A DNA stretch of 64,000 bases from Eledone cirrhosa. Its lineage: Eukaryota. The notes under the pieces are model-generated. The model worked only from the letters and a program-made list of their open reading frames with translations, was not told the origin of the DNA and did not search any database. Both the position numbers and the translations under genes were made by a program. Shown piece after piece: positions 44,916-59,773 of the stretch; position 1 is the first letter of the stretch, and the number at the start of each line of letters is the position of its first letter. Location of the stretch: contig OZ024749.1 of assembly GCA_964016885.1 (NCBI GenBank), positions 46,190,001 through 46,254,000 of the forward strand. The letters run 5' to 3'.

Positions 44916-47900
44916 CCAATTCAATGATGTTCCAGAACAATGTAAACGAGATAATTGCCAATTTGGGTTCTGGAACAAAAGAGATCATTGGCAATAAGGG
45001 CAGGGGCCCCAAGTTATCACAACCTGGGCCCGCCCGTCATCGTGCCATTGTAATAGAGCCAAACAGGGCATTTAGTCTTGGCTGCTGGAACGTACGGACG
45101 CTGCTTGACGGGGATTCTTTGGAGCGTCCTGAACGAAGGACCGCTCTTGTTGCGAAGGAGCTTCGACGTTACGATCTTGACATCGTGGCTTTGTCTGAGA
45201 CGAGGTTAGCTGGAGATGGTCATCTTGCGGAATTTTGTGGAGAATATACATTCTTCTGGAAAGGAAGAGATGAAGGAACCAGAAGAGAGGCTGGGGTGGG
45301 ATTTGCTGTTAAGACTGTACTGGTGAATAAATTAGAAGAATTCCCAGTGGGGATTAGTGAGCGTCTTATGTCCATGAGAGTTCCGCTGGACAAGGGAAGA
45401 TATGCTACCCTGGTGAGTGTGTATGCTCCAACTATGAATTCTGTCGATGAAGAAAAACTGTCCTTTTACCATGCCTTGAAAGGTGTTTTAAGAAATATCC
45501 CTCAGGCAGACAAAGTCATCGTGCTTGGTGACTTTAATGCTAGAGTGGGTAGGGATTTTAACACATGGAATGTAATCGGAAGGCATGGGGTGGGAAAGTG
45601 TAACAGCAATGGTATGCTCTTGCTGCAGATGTGTGAGGAGCTAGATCTGTGTGTTACCAACACCATGTTCCAACAAAAGAACAAATTCAAGACCACATGG
45701 ATGCATCCTGCATCTAAGGAATGGCATCTTTTGGACTACGTCCTAGTCAGGATGCGTGACAGACAGGATGTGCAGTGTGTTCGTGTTCTTCGTGGAGCTG
45801 AGTGCTGGACGGACCACCGCCTGGTGCGCGCAAAAGTGAATCTAATCACCAAACGTAAAATCCGGGCTCCTGGTGTTACCCTGCCCAAAAGATTGAATGC
45901 TGCTCGTCTTAAGGATAAAAATGTGAAGAGGACATTGGAAGAAGAGATGCAGGCTGCAGATCTTGGTGAGGATTGGCCGACCCTTAAAAAGTCGGTTTAT
46001 GATGTAGGCAGGCGTGTTCTGGGATTGGTGCAGAGAAAACATCAGGACTGGTTTAATGAGAATGATGTACATATAGAAGACTTGTTGGCTGATAAGAGGC
46101 GTGCTCTGTCACGCTACTTGACGGCAAAACCACAGGAGAGGAATACGTTGCATGAGGAGCTCAGGGATGTAAAATCACGTGTTAGGCGGAGTCTTTCTCA
46201 GATGAAGGATCAGTGGTGGAGTGAGAAGGCTGGTGAGATACAAACTGCGTCTGATTGCAATAACACAAAGCTGTTGTACAGTCTCTTGCGTGAGGTTTAT
46301 GGACCGTCTTCTTCTCTGGTGACACCGATTCGCAGCAGGGATGGCAAAGAACTTCTTCGTGACTCACAGGGAATTCTACGAAGGTGGCGAGAGCACTTTG
46401 ATGATCTTTTGAATCAGCCGTCTGTCGTCAGTGAAGATTTCCTCAATCTCATTCCGGAAAGTCCTGTGAAAGTAGCTCTCGCAGAACCTCCGACACTTGT
46501 GGAGGTTGCAGTGGCTATTTCGAAGCTGAACAGTGGAAGATCTCCAGGTATGGATGGCATACATGCTGAGCTCCTACAATATGGTGGTGAGAGACTCCTG
46601 CAACATCTTCACTCTCTGTTTGGAAGGATATGGGCTAATGAATCCGTGCCTGAGGACTGGAGAGATGCAGTAATGGTGGTCTTGTACAAGGGAAAGGGTA
46701 ACAGGAATGATTGTGGGAACTACAGAGGTATATCATTGCTTTCTGTCGTGGGGAAAGTTTTATGTAGGGTGCTTCTGGACCGTCTGCTGACACACATTGC
46801 AGATTGTGTCCTTCCTGAAAGTCAATCTGGTTTTCGTGTTGGACGCGGCACTACTGATATGATCTTCTCAGCTGGACAGCTCCAGGAGAAGTGCATTGAA
46901 CAGGGCTTGGATCTGTATCAGGTTTTTGTCGATCTGACAAAGGCTTTCGATACTGTCAACAGAGATGCATTATGGAAGATTCTCCAGAAACTTGGTTGCC
47001 CTGATAAGTTCCTTGCTTTAGTTAGGTCTTTCCATGACGACATGAGGGCTTGGGTTAATGTCGGAGGTAACATGTCGGAGCCTATCTCAGTAAAAAATGG
47101 AGTGAAACAGGGGGATATTCCAGCACCGACCCTGTTTGCCATATACTTTGCAATGGTTTTCTGTGTTGCATTCAGGAATTGCGAGCATGGTGTTTACATC
47201 CGATATCGAACCTCAGGCAGCATATTTAACATCAGGCGCTTTGCTGCGAAGACAAAGGTATTTACATCGGTCATAAGAGACCTCTTGTATGCAGATGATT
47301 GCGATCTTGTAGCGCACACAGAGAGTGATATGCAGCACATTTTGAATGTATTTTCTGACGCTTGCACTGCCCTGGGTTTGACTGTCAGTCTCAAGAAAAC
47401 CGTCGTCATGTACCAACCTGCACCTGGTAGGCAGTACACTGAACCAAACATCTATGTGTATGGCAAACGACTTGGAGTGGTTGATCAGTTTGTCTACCTG
47501 GGAAGCACTGTCAATCGATACGGCAACCTTGACAGTGAAATCTCACTTAGGATTAGGAAAGCAAGTGATGCTTTCGGAAAGCTAGAAAGGCGACTCTGGG
47601 GTCGGCGAGACATATGCAGGAGGACAAAGGTAAGGGTGTACAGGGCATGTGTACTCTCTTGTCTTCTTTATGCCTGCGAGACCTGGGTCACATATCGACG
47701 CCACCTTAGGCAATTGGAGCGTTTCCATCAGATGTGTCTCAGACGGATACATGGCGTTCGCTGGAGGGACCACATCAGTGATGTCGAGATTTTGGAAAGC
47801 TCTATGTGTGACAGTATAGAAGCTCTTGTGCTTAAGCAGCGACTCCGTTGGAGTGGTCACCTTGCCAGGATGAAGGATTCTAGAATACCAAAACAACTCT

Positions 47901-48477
47901 TCTATGGAGAGTTGGTTAAAGGAAAACGACCGCCACATAAACCAAAAAAGAGGTATAAGGATTCCTTGAAGGCCTCTCTGAAAGACGCTAACATCTCTGC
48001 TGATACATGGGAAAATGTTGCTGCTGATCGTAATAAATGGAGAAAGACTGTATATGAGGGAAAAGTTGCCTTTGAGGCATCTCGAATCGCACACGAGAAA
48101 GTAAAGCGGGACGTGAGGAAGGGTATTGCTGTTGCACTTCCAGACGGCGAGGGTCCTCCTATGTTTCTGACATGCAGCGTCTGTGCGAGACTCTGCCTAA
48201 GCAAAGCTGGACTCGAAAGTCATCTTCGCAGTCATAAAGTAAGACCAGTGGTTGACTACCAGGCTGCTGTTGGAGATGCTACTCATCATGCTTGCCAAAC
48301 ATGTGGTAGAGAATGTAAATCAGCAGGAGGACTCAAGCGACATGCAAAAGTACACGAACTCCAACCACAGCCGACTATTCCCAGTAAATGTTTTGGTTGC
48401 CGACTCTGTGCAAGACATTTTAGATCATTGGCTGGGCTAAAAAGCCACATTCGATCGCAGCACTGTTAGTTGCTATC

Positions 48478-48515
<38 letters not shown>

Positions 48516-48594
48516 GCTTATGTGCGTGCGTGTGTGTGTATATATATATGAATATGTATATTATTGTTGTTGTTGTCGTTATTAATATTATTGC

Positions 48595-48634
<40 letters not shown>

Positions 48635-48754
48635 GTTATTAATGTATGTGTGTATATATGTGTGAGTGTATGTGTATGTATGTGTGTGTGTATATATGTA
48701 TGTGTGTGTATGTATGTGTGTGTATGTATATGTGTATGTATATATATATGTATA

Positions 48755-48787
<33 letters not shown>

Positions 48788-48819
48788 CTTTTCCCTTTTT
48801 TTTTTTTTTTTTTTTTTTC

Positions 48820-48897
<78 letters not shown>

Positions 48898-48960
48898 TGT
48901 GCAATGGCCATACTCGATAACGAGGGGGCAGCCATCATGTATGTATGTATGTATGTATGT
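44537..48960 (+). mobile_element. Probable full-length RTE non-LTR retrotransposon (5'UTR, single ORF, 3'UTR, terminal stem-loop, (ATGT)n tail)
   Basis: GC-richer structured segment begins right after poly-T at 44537. After the ORF, 48901-48936 has an RTE-type terminal hairpin (ctcg-ataa-cgag inside tggc/gcca) followed by (ATGT)n. Ends are inferred and no TSD was resolved. Confidence 0.75.
44924..48469 (+). CDS. RTE-clade LINE ORF: APE endonuclease + reverse transcriptase + 3 C2H2 zinc fingers, uninterrupted 1181 aa
   Basis: APE motifs WNVRT, ALSETR, GDFNARVG, LDYVLV, WTDH. RT motifs NYRGISLL, QSGFR, FVDLTKAFD, GVKQG, LLYADD, YLGS. RTE-type tail G.R.PHKPKKRYKD...W. Fingers CSVC..HLRSH, CQTC..HAKVH, CRLC..HIRSQH. 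Confidence 0.96.
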   Translation: MMFQNNVNEIIANLGSGTKEIIGNKGRGPKLSQPGPARHRAIVIEPNRAFSLGCWNVRTLLDGDSLERPERRTALVAKELRRYDLDIVALSETRLAGDGHLAEFCGEYTFFWKGRDEGTRREAGVGFAVKTVLVNKLEEFPVGISERLMSMRVPLDKGRYATLVSVYAPTMNSVDEEKLSFYHALKGVLRNIPQADKVIVLGDFNARVGRDFNTWNVIGRHGVGKCNSNGMLLLQMCEELDLCVTNTMFQQKNKFKTTWMHPASKEWHLLDYVLVRMRDRQDVQCVRVLRGAECWTDHRLVRAKVNLITKRKIRAPGVTLPKRLNAARLKDKNVKRTLEEEMQAADLGEDWPTLKKSVYDVGRRVLGLVQRKHQDWFNENDVHIEDLLADKRRALSRYLTAKPQERNTLHEELRDVKSRVRRSLSQMKDQWWSEKAGEIQTASDCNNTKLLYSLLREVYGPSSSLVTPIRSRDGKELLRDSQGILRRWREHFDDLLNQPSVVSEDFLNLIPESPVKVALAEPPTLVEVAVAISKLNSGRSPGMDGIHAELLQYGGERLLQHLHSLFGRIWANESVPEDWRDAVMVVLYKGKGNRNDCGNYRGISLLSVVGKVLCRVLLDRLLTHIADCVLPESQSGFRVGRGTTDMIFSAGQLQEKCIEQGLDLYQVFVDLTKAFDTVNRDALWKILQKLGCPDKFLALVRSFHDDMRAWVNVGGNMSEPISVKNGVKQGDIPAPTLFAIYFAMVFCVAFRNCEHGVYIRYRTSGSIFNIRRFAAKTKVFTSVIRDLLYADDCDLVAHTESDMQHILNVFSDACTALGLTVSLKKTVVMYQPAPGRQYTEPNIYVYGKRLGVVDQFVYLGSTVNRYGNLDSEISLRIRKASDAFGKLERRLWGRRDICRRTKVRVYRACVLSCLLYACETWVTYRRHLRQLERFHQMCLRRIHGVRWRDHISDVEILESSMCDSIEALVLKQRLRWSGHLARMKDSRIPKQLFYGELVKGKRPPHKPKKRYKDSLKASLKDANISADTWENVAADRNKWRKTVYEGKVAFEASRIAHEKVKRDVRKGIAVALPDGEGPPMFLTCSVCARLCLSKAGLESHLRSHKVRPVVDYQAAVGDATHHACQTCGRECKSAGGLKRHAKVHELQPQPTIPSKCFGCRLCARHFRSLAGLKSHIRSQHC

Positions 48961-49249
48961 ATAGATTTATGTGTGAATGCATGTATGCATTTTCTATGTG
49001 CTTAAATATACGTTTGTTATAAATTCACTCTACGCATATTTCTCTCTCTATGTAAAGCTAGATGCGTACTTGTGTGTGTATATCTGCTTATATGTATATA
49101 CAGTTCATATGTATATATATATGTATGTGTGTGTGTGTGTGTGTGTATATATATAAATATATATGTGTGTGTGTGAGGTTTATATATATAATAGAGAGAG
49201 ATGTATGTAAGTAATTTACGTGGGTGTGTCTGTGTGTGTGTGTGTGTGT

Positions 49250-49320
<71 letters not shown>

Positions 49321-50141
49321 GTGTGTGTGTGTGTGTGGTTGTGTGTGTGTGTGCGCGCGTGTGTGTGTGTGTGTGAGTGTTGTGTGCATGTGTGTGTGCC
49401 TGTTTGCCTGTTTGTATCCGCGTTTGTGTGGTCATATCAATACTGCAATGATCTTTACAAGAAAGGCAGCTACCTGTATGATACGGTTTGGGGGCAAGAT
49501 TCTTAGTTAAGTTTCATGCAATATCTCTATAGAATGTTGACACCGTCTGGCTACGATTTACCACTCCCTGCTGACACACTCTGCTATTATATTAGAATTA
49601 GAGGCTAGCTTTCGCCTGGAGCATTCTATAGGTTGAACAAAAGAATTCCGGTTGAAAAATAGGAAACCAAAATGGCGAGTTTCTTCTCATTAGAATTCAG
49701 GCTCTTCGAAGTTGGTTTTGCAATTTCAAAACTGACGGATAACATAGTTTTCTTCAATGTTTCGATACTTTAAGTTACGTTATGTTCCGCTTCATTTCTT
49801 TGGTTTCGGTGTTTTTAATTATTGAATTATTATATTTTTTTGTATTTTCTTCTACAAGTGTGAATGCTTTTGTTATTAGTTTTATCTTAATGGGAAAAAT
49901 GTATATGTTTGAGAGTGTAATGTATAACTTACATATATATATATATGCATATATATATGTATATATGTATATATATATATATTTATATATGTATATATAT
50001 ACACATATATATATAAATATACATATATATATATATACATACGTACATACTATGTATAAATAAATTATATATATATATTATATATATATATATATAAATA
50101 TATATATATAATATATATATATAATTTATTTATACATAGAT

Positions 50142-51176
<1,035 letters not shown>

Positions 51177-51403
51177 TGTCTCCACCTCGTATCTCTAATT
51201 CTGATTCTCTCTCTCTCTCTCAATCCCTTTTCCTGTTTATACCTACTCTCTCACACACACACAGACATATAAACATACATACACACACATATATATACAT
51301 ATATATATATATATACATACATACATATGTCTATGTATATATATATCATATCTATCTATCTATGTATCTACCTATATATCTATCTATATATATATATACC
51401 GTA

Positions 51404-51440
<37 letters not shown>

Positions 51441-51803
51441 AACAATGAACAGCGGAGGACACTTTTCGCACCTTTCCGACATACAACCCCCCCCCCCCCT
51501 CCCCCGGGAAAAAAAACAGTTGATGGATGAGAATCCGAAATATATAGGGACAATTAAATCTCTCCCCAGATAACTCTTTCTCGTATTGTTATTTTTATTT
51601 ATATCCTTTACGCTCATTCCTTCATTCCTCTACACGTTACAGTCTTATACACGCCACGTATCTCAACGTAGACCCACTTACATCTCTCTCTCCACCACCG
51701 GATCTTGTTACCCGGAGAGTTATCCATCTGCATTGGCGAGGCTTCCAAACGACTTAAAGAAATTTACCTTATTATTCCACAATGCTTCAAGCAAACTTCA
51801 ATA

Positions 51804-51871
<68 letters not shown>

Positions 51872-52273
51872 CATGTATGTGTGTGTGTATATATATGCGT
51901 ATGTGTATATTTATATTTGTGTTTGTATGTGTGTGTGTTTTATGGATTATGGTATTCACTTTAAACATCTATGCATGGGGATGTGAATAATACATCTGAG
52001 CAATGATTAACAGTGAATTATTTGTAAATTACTCGAGTAGTGAATGAAGCAGTTATATTTGATAAGATTCAATACAAAAGAATACAATACTTGAATTACC
52101 GGAGAAAATCAGTGATGCTTAGAATATAAGATGCGGGCAGGGGGAGATGCCACGTTACAGAATATGTATTACATTTGAAATAATCCCACATCCATACATA
52201 CACATTCACAGACCCATTAATACACACCTGCACACAAACACACTCTCGCGGAGAGATATTATAGATGAGTGGG

Positions 52274-52320
<47 letters not shown>

Positions 52321-52954
52321 ATATACATATTATAATTATTAGTGTGTATATGTACGTATACATATACGTATATATATATATATATATAAATATATGTGTG
52401 AATATATATATATATATATATATACATGTTCACACAAACATATAAATATATATATATATATATACGAACGAGGATAGTAGACAGACCATTTCTTGTAGAT
52501 TAAATAATATATCATAATATATAATTATATTATAGTTATATTTGACTCCTTTTTCTCTAATTCGAGTATCTTGCTGGAGATACAATCACCAATGTTCATA
52601 TTTATAAAGGATATTTTATTTGCAAACTGAGTCATCGCTGGTGCCTGATGTTGCCAGTTACCATGTGGTTAACATTTACTTGCTCTTGGGTTTTTCTTAC
52701 TGTGTTTGAAACCGTTTCAACTTCATAATTCTTTTCTGCAAGTCGGCGTTTATTGTCATGATTGATTTTTTGCATCAACTCCGTTTTAATATTGAATAGT
52801 ATATATATATTTTTTATAATATAGTATTTCTCAGCATTGCATTATTGGCATGGCGTTGTTATATTAATCACCTTCCCATCTCGGAAAGATATAACATGTT
52901 ATATTAATTTTATTGTTATTATTATTATTATTATTATAAAAGCGTTGGTTTGGG

Positions 52955-53155
52955 TTGGTGTGGCAGGATCGTTAGAGTGTCGGAGAACATTTTTGTGACA
53001 TTTTATTCCCGCTTTTTACGTCATGAGTTAAAATCTCACCAAGGTCTACCTTGCCTTTCATACTTTCGGGGTTGAAAAAATAATGTACCAGTCACGTAGT
53101 GGGGTCGATATAATGAAATTCCCCTCCCCATAAAGTGTTGAGATTGTGTCTAATT
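52955..53155 (+). mobile_element. tRNA-derived SINE, diverged
   Basis: tggcaggatcgttagag..gagttaaaatc..ttgcctttcat..tgtaccag. Confidence 0.7.
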
Positions 53156-53293
53156 CAGAGAGAAAGAGGGAGAGAGAGTGGGGAGAGGGGAGAAAGAGAG
53201 AGGGCGAGAGGAACAATACCAATGATAATATATTATGATGTTGAACACATTTCACAAATGATGGGATAAACGCAGATATAGTTGAAAAGATTG

Positions 53294-53351
<58 letters not shown>

Positions 53352-54333
53352 ACAGAAAAACACATGCACATTCATATATATATACATGAGTTTGGATGGA
53401 AATATAAAATTATAGAGTTAGATTGATATATTAAAATCTAGTTACGGAGAGCCAGCAAGGCGAGAAAGAAGAAGAAAAAACGGGAAGAGAGAGAAAGATA
53501 TACGAAAGAGAGAGAGAAAGAGGGAGACTGAGCGAGAGAGAGAGAAAGAAAGTGAGAGAGATAGGGAATAAAAGTCAGTGAGAGAGTGACAATTCGACTG
53601 GCCGTGAGATAGATTGCAAAGATAGCTAAAGTAAAATAATATTGAAGAATGTTCCTAGATATCATGAAGAAGAGGTTGAAGAGAAGAGAAAATGATGAAA
53701 ATGGTGGATAGTATAGCTAAATAGGATGTGGAATTGGTCAGAAAACAAAGCAGAAAATGTCACGTTTTCGGGTGAATGTAGCGAATCCCATAATTCCATT
53801 TCGCCTGTCTTTCTTCGATCTTTCAATCTCCTAACTGACTCTAGCTTCTCAAAGAGTGTACAAAGATTGTGGTTTGAGAGGGATCGTTGGGGTTAATAAA
53901 ATGAAAGAAAAAGGGTGGAGGAGAATAAAATAAAACAAAAAAAAGAAACTATATATGGGGTAAAACTAAATAATTGTGAAAAACAATAAACATAAAAATG
54001 TATAGGGTTAAGACGGTGCAGGTTACGGAAAATACGGAACCATCGTGGCTGAGATAAACGTGCCATTTCTTCTCTGTCTTGCTCTCTCTGTCTCTCGCTC
54101 TTTCTACCTCTCTACCTCTCTCTTTCGCTTATATATACTGTATATATATATATATATAGGTGTGTGTGTGTGTGTCTCTCTCTATATGTATATCTCTTTT
54201 TTATTGAGAAGGCAAATACATTTTTAATAGATACTATGATCCGTATTTTTACTATTATATGGTAGTATTGTACTTGTGTGTGTGTGGGCAACTTGTCTTG
54301 CTGGCAACCAATATTTTTAGACCCAGTCAGCCA

Positions 54334-54398
<65 letters not shown>

Positions 54399-54484
54399 CA
54401 CACACACACAAACCACACATATATATATATATATATATATATGAAAAATGGCGTGCTGAAAAATGTGTGATATACAAATTAAAA

Positions 54485-54528
<44 letters not shown>

Positions 54529-54697
54529 CGACCTCTACTTGCTCAGCCAAAACATTTAAGGTAATTTCATAGGTCTACCCCATTATATATGTTCTGTATC
54601 TTCTGGAGAAAGAGATGACTTCAACTAAATCCAATACGGTTACTAAAAGGCCCTTTACTACTAATCTCTTCTAAGCTCATTATATCTATCCCCACCA

Positions 54698-54893
<196 letters not shown>

Positions 54894-55059
54894 TGAGAGA
54901 GAGAGATAAAAGGAGAGAGAGGTAGATAGATATGCCTTTTCTTGAACTGAGAAAGATATATCAATATATCTATCTATCTATCTATGTATATATATATAGA
55001 GAGAGAGAGAAAGAGAGAGAGAGGGGGGGTGGGGACGAGGGAGAGAGAGAGAGACATAG

Positions 55060-55330
55060 AACTGTATTTTATCTCCCGTAATGCAGCGACGACGCTAAAA
55101 TTGTCCAAATATTCCCGGTCACAGTCCCGACTTTGTTTACCTTGGAAGGGATTGACTCGGCTTGACGTAGCTACAATTGGGTTTAGTTCGGCCGCCCTCC
55201 ATTTTGTTTCGTTCGACTCGAATCCGTAGGGATCAATAATGTTCGAATCGATCCTCCCAGGTTTGTTTCTGTTCGGTCTGGAGGATTTCGGCATGGATCA
55301 CTTTTGGATTGGATGGTGTATTACTACTAT
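55060..55330. promoter_or_regulatory. CpG-rich unique island: candidate promoter/first exon
   Basis: Many CpGs in an otherwise CpG-poor window, a YY1-like gccgccctccattttg, GA-repeat flank, and splice-like sites on both strands. Confidence 0.4.
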
Positions 55331-55389
55331 CAAATAGGAGACAGGGATAACCTTTATGTAGGGACTTCAATTACGGAAATAATAATTAA

Positions 55390-55455
<66 letters not shown>

Positions 55456-55560
55456 TGAGAGGCAGTGATAGAGAGAGTGAATAATGTTAAACAGGGTTAT
55501 AGGAAATATGAGTGGAAATTGTAATAACATATGAATAACGCTGTAGAAGAATATCAAATG

Positions 55561-55608
<48 letters not shown>

Positions 55609-55621
55609 ACTACTGCTACTT

Positions 55622-55696
<75 letters not shown>

Positions 55697-56609
55697 TTAT
55701 TGATAATAATATTATTGTTATCTACCCACTTTCTGAATTTAAAGTCATATATAGGTCTCATGCACATAGATACGAATACATAAACCTGCCTGTCCATGCA
55801 CAGGGAAACATATATTCACTGACGAACACTCATATAAAGGATATTCTTAGATCCACGCATATGATATAAATTATCTAAAGAAGTAATAAACGTCGAAATA
55901 AACACCGAAGTCAAAATGGAAGGGATTTACAAGAGAGATTATTTGATGCCGAATATATATAGTAATTGAAACATCTGTGGATAGAAAATAAAAGTGAGGT
56001 GGCTTGAGAGAAATTTATGGTGTTGTGTTATTTAGTTACTTACTGATTTCAAATTATACTGATGGTATCGTTGCCTGTCATCGCTAAGGATTCTTTAAAA
56101 TGTATAGATCATTACAGATCTCGGATGGCAGGAACAGTGGAGAGTTGTATGTATTTCCTCTTGTATTTTACTTATTCGAAGCGAATCTGCGTTCTGCTCC
56201 TGTTCATGGCTTTGTATTTAATTCCTTCAAAATCCAGTAACGATATGTGCCAGTAATATGTGAGAATTTATGAACTTTGAATGTATGTTTGCTTTACATA
56301 AGCTGCTTTGACCCAGGGATTTAGACCTCGGAAATACTCGACCTCATTGAGCATATAAGCTGCTACAAACGGGAATTAGCCAACATCATGCCCTATTCTA
56401 CTAAGTCAAATTCAATGTCCTTGTCTTAATTATTTACGATCCTTTACAATACTAATTGAAATGGAAAGTTTCACATTTCATTACTTCAATTATTATTATT
56501 TTCACGATTGCATTATTATTGTTGTTGTTTGGTTAGTGGTAGGTCAACACCGACGAACTAACTATATGATCAAATGCTTTCTAACTGCAAATATTCTCTC
56601 TCTTCTTAT

Positions 56610-56740
56610 ACTGATGTGTACTGATGTGTACTCTTGTACTGATGTGTACTGCTGTGTACTCTTGTACTGATGTGTACTGCTGTGTACTCTTGTACTGATG
56701 TGTACTGGTGTGTACTGATGTGTACTCTTCCGTGTACTGA
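56610..56740. repeat. Minisatellite with ~10-bp subunits (ctgatgtgta) in a ~28-bp higher-order unit
   Basis: Repeats of tgtactcttgtactgatgtgtactgctg. Confidence 0.85.
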
Positions 56741-58048
56741 TTTCGTGAACGCAATATCCAACCTGTACCTTTTAACTACTGTAATGCATGATTTTAGGGG
56801 GATTTACCTGCTATTACTAGCATATGGAACAACAAAATGTAGACACTACCATTGTACCGTAGTCAATTTAATCATCTAAACGAATATACTTGCCATCCTA
56901 CGGGTGTTTTGCACAGCCAACCAAAGTGTTAAATTCATAATAAATATTAGTTTAACTCGATATCATAATCATACATCAAAATGGGGAAAATATAAAGAAA
57001 TATGGCGGTAGTTATGGGATCAGTGTGCACCCAACACATATTTCTATCATGATACGGTACTGGTTGTATGACAGAAAGATAGAAAATTGACCAAATATAA
57101 AACGAATACTGAACACTATTCAAAGAGAATACAACCTGTTTTCTTTATGCTACATGCATAATTCGTTGAAAACTCGTAAGCTAAATCTGATTTTCTCTAT
57201 AATAATTTTGTTCGTGACATATCGGAATATAATCTGGTCAGAAGTTGATTTCATATGAAAATAATACCCATTACTCAGGAAAAAAATAAAGATTCATTCT
57301 CACAAACTTATTGTGTGTGTGTGTGTGAGTCATTGATTCTGTGTAAGTTTACTGGCTTAAACTAGTGTGTCATCCCTTTATGTTAAAACAATCTAGCTAA
57401 CCTAGCGATTTTATATACAGAGTCTAATGAAAGAAAGAAAAAAAATACTAAAAGAAGTGCCATGTCCTGGACATGAGCAACTACAAACTCTTGAAGGCAG
57501 TGTCTCAGCATGACCACAGATAAATGAATGCAAATAGAACAATAAAATAAAATAAAATATTAAAAAATACAATGAAAAATAAGAAGATATAACTCTATCA
57601 TATTAAAACGTAAGCTATAAATAAACCAGTTAGAAACAATTTATGTTTCAGTTTAGAGTAGTGGCGATATTTAACTGGGGCCATTAACGTGACTTTAGCA
57701 AGTTGAAGATGTCTTACATTTGCGATTGAAGTAGACCGGTTCCAATAAAAATGGAATGGTATAAATAGATAATTGGATTGGAGTAGAGAAAAGTGGCAAG
57801 ACAGGTGACGAGTGGAATGAAAGTCTGTGTCTTTCAGTAGGGTCGGGAAGAGGGAAGAAGGACAAAGAGTGAAAGTGTATTTGTTTACGTGTTTGTTTTT
57901 GTTTTGTTTTTACTACGGCTTTGCTTCTCGTTTCCTCTTTTCCACATAAACGTTTCTCTCCATTCTTACGTTTAATAACACTTACTTCATATAGTTCAAT
58001 AAAAAGCTAAATGTATGGTCACATATAAATACATACATAGATAAATAC

Positions 58049-58224
<176 letters not shown>

Positions 58225-58267
58225 ATATATATATATATATGTACATATATATATATATATACATATT

Positions 58268-58300
<33 letters not shown>

Positions 58301-58514
58301 TTATATATGTATGTGAGTGTGTCTGTGCGTGCGTGCGTGCGCGTTGGTATGTGTGTTGTGTATGTATGTATGTATGGGTATACGAGCGCCTATATTTATA
58401 TGTGTCTATAAATAGATGTATTTATTTGCGTATCTCGTCATCACAATCTCTCGTGTTTGTATCTATACGTGTATGCGAAGGTATATAAGTGGATTGTAGT
58501 GTGCCTGTGTATGT

Positions 58515-58546
<32 letters not shown>

Positions 58547-59071
58547 AGTCCACTGTCTCGATCGATATCTCTTCATTTATCGATAAACAAACAAGACATA
58601 CATAGAATGGTAAAGTGAAGTGTATATTACATTCGTATTTATCAACCTATTCAATCATCGATCTAACTATTGCTGCAATCTTCTTGCCTATCTATGTAAC
58701 TATGTTTATTTGTTTGTCAAACCTCTTATCTCCTGATGTCTTTCTATCATCACATACATGCATACATACATACATACATACTTACATACATGCATACAAT
58801 CGTACATACATACGTATTCATGAACACACACTCTCATACTCATATATACATATATGTATATGTGTGTATATATCTATATCTATCCACACACACTCACACA
58901 CACACACATACATATATATATATATGTGTATGGGAAAAGAGTCAGGACCCCGACGGCTGAGCTCCGGCCGTTTCGACAGCTAGGTCCTGACTCTTTTCCT
59001 ATTACCCAAATAGGAAAAGAGTCAGGACCTAGCTGTAAGGATAAGCAAATACATCGTCAGAGAGCAAGTTA

Positions 59072-59115
<44 letters not shown>

Positions 59116-59184
59116 AGGAAGTGCGGTAAGGAATCAAGTACTCTGGTGCGTTATTGTCTACTTGTTTCCTTACCGCACTTCCTT

Positions 59185-59345
<161 letters not shown>

Positions 59346-59480
59346 CGTAAAATAAGAAAATTATAAAATTAACTTACTTACTAAAATTTCACTCCAACTA
59401 ATTAGTTTCTGAAAGGGGATAAACATAGTTTCCGAAGAAACGTACGGAGTATATATATGTTACTAGATATACTAATTCTT

Positions 59481-59517
<37 letters not shown>

Positions 59518-59581
59518 TTTGCAACGGGTCACTTTGTGTCTCAATGAATTAAATAATCAGAGCTATATATAATAAAACATT

Positions 59582-59773
59582 TCTATAGAATCACCAGATA
59601 ATACTCGAGAAATACTCCGTCGCAACCGAGGCGAAGTCTGCTTTCGGTTATTTGTCGGAGATTTCTTCATAGAGGCCTTTATTCTTATAGCTTGGTCTAA
59701 TCGATTTTTTATATGGTTAATTATGCTAATTGGGAGAGGAAATGGTATATATTTTATCTGGTGATTCTATAGA
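59582..59773. mobile_element. MITE-like segment with 20-bp terminal inverted repeats and an internal hairpin
   Basis: tctatagaatcaccagataa (59582-59601) and ttatctggtgattctataga (59754-59773). Confidence 0.55.

Noticed and set aside
45502-48440. Short antisense and alternate-frame ORFs within the RTE
   Set aside because: Shadow ORFs of the long RTE reading frame.
56610-56740. Regular repeat as a possible CRISPR array
   Set aside because: No unique spacers, no cas genes, eukaryotic context. It is a minisatellite.
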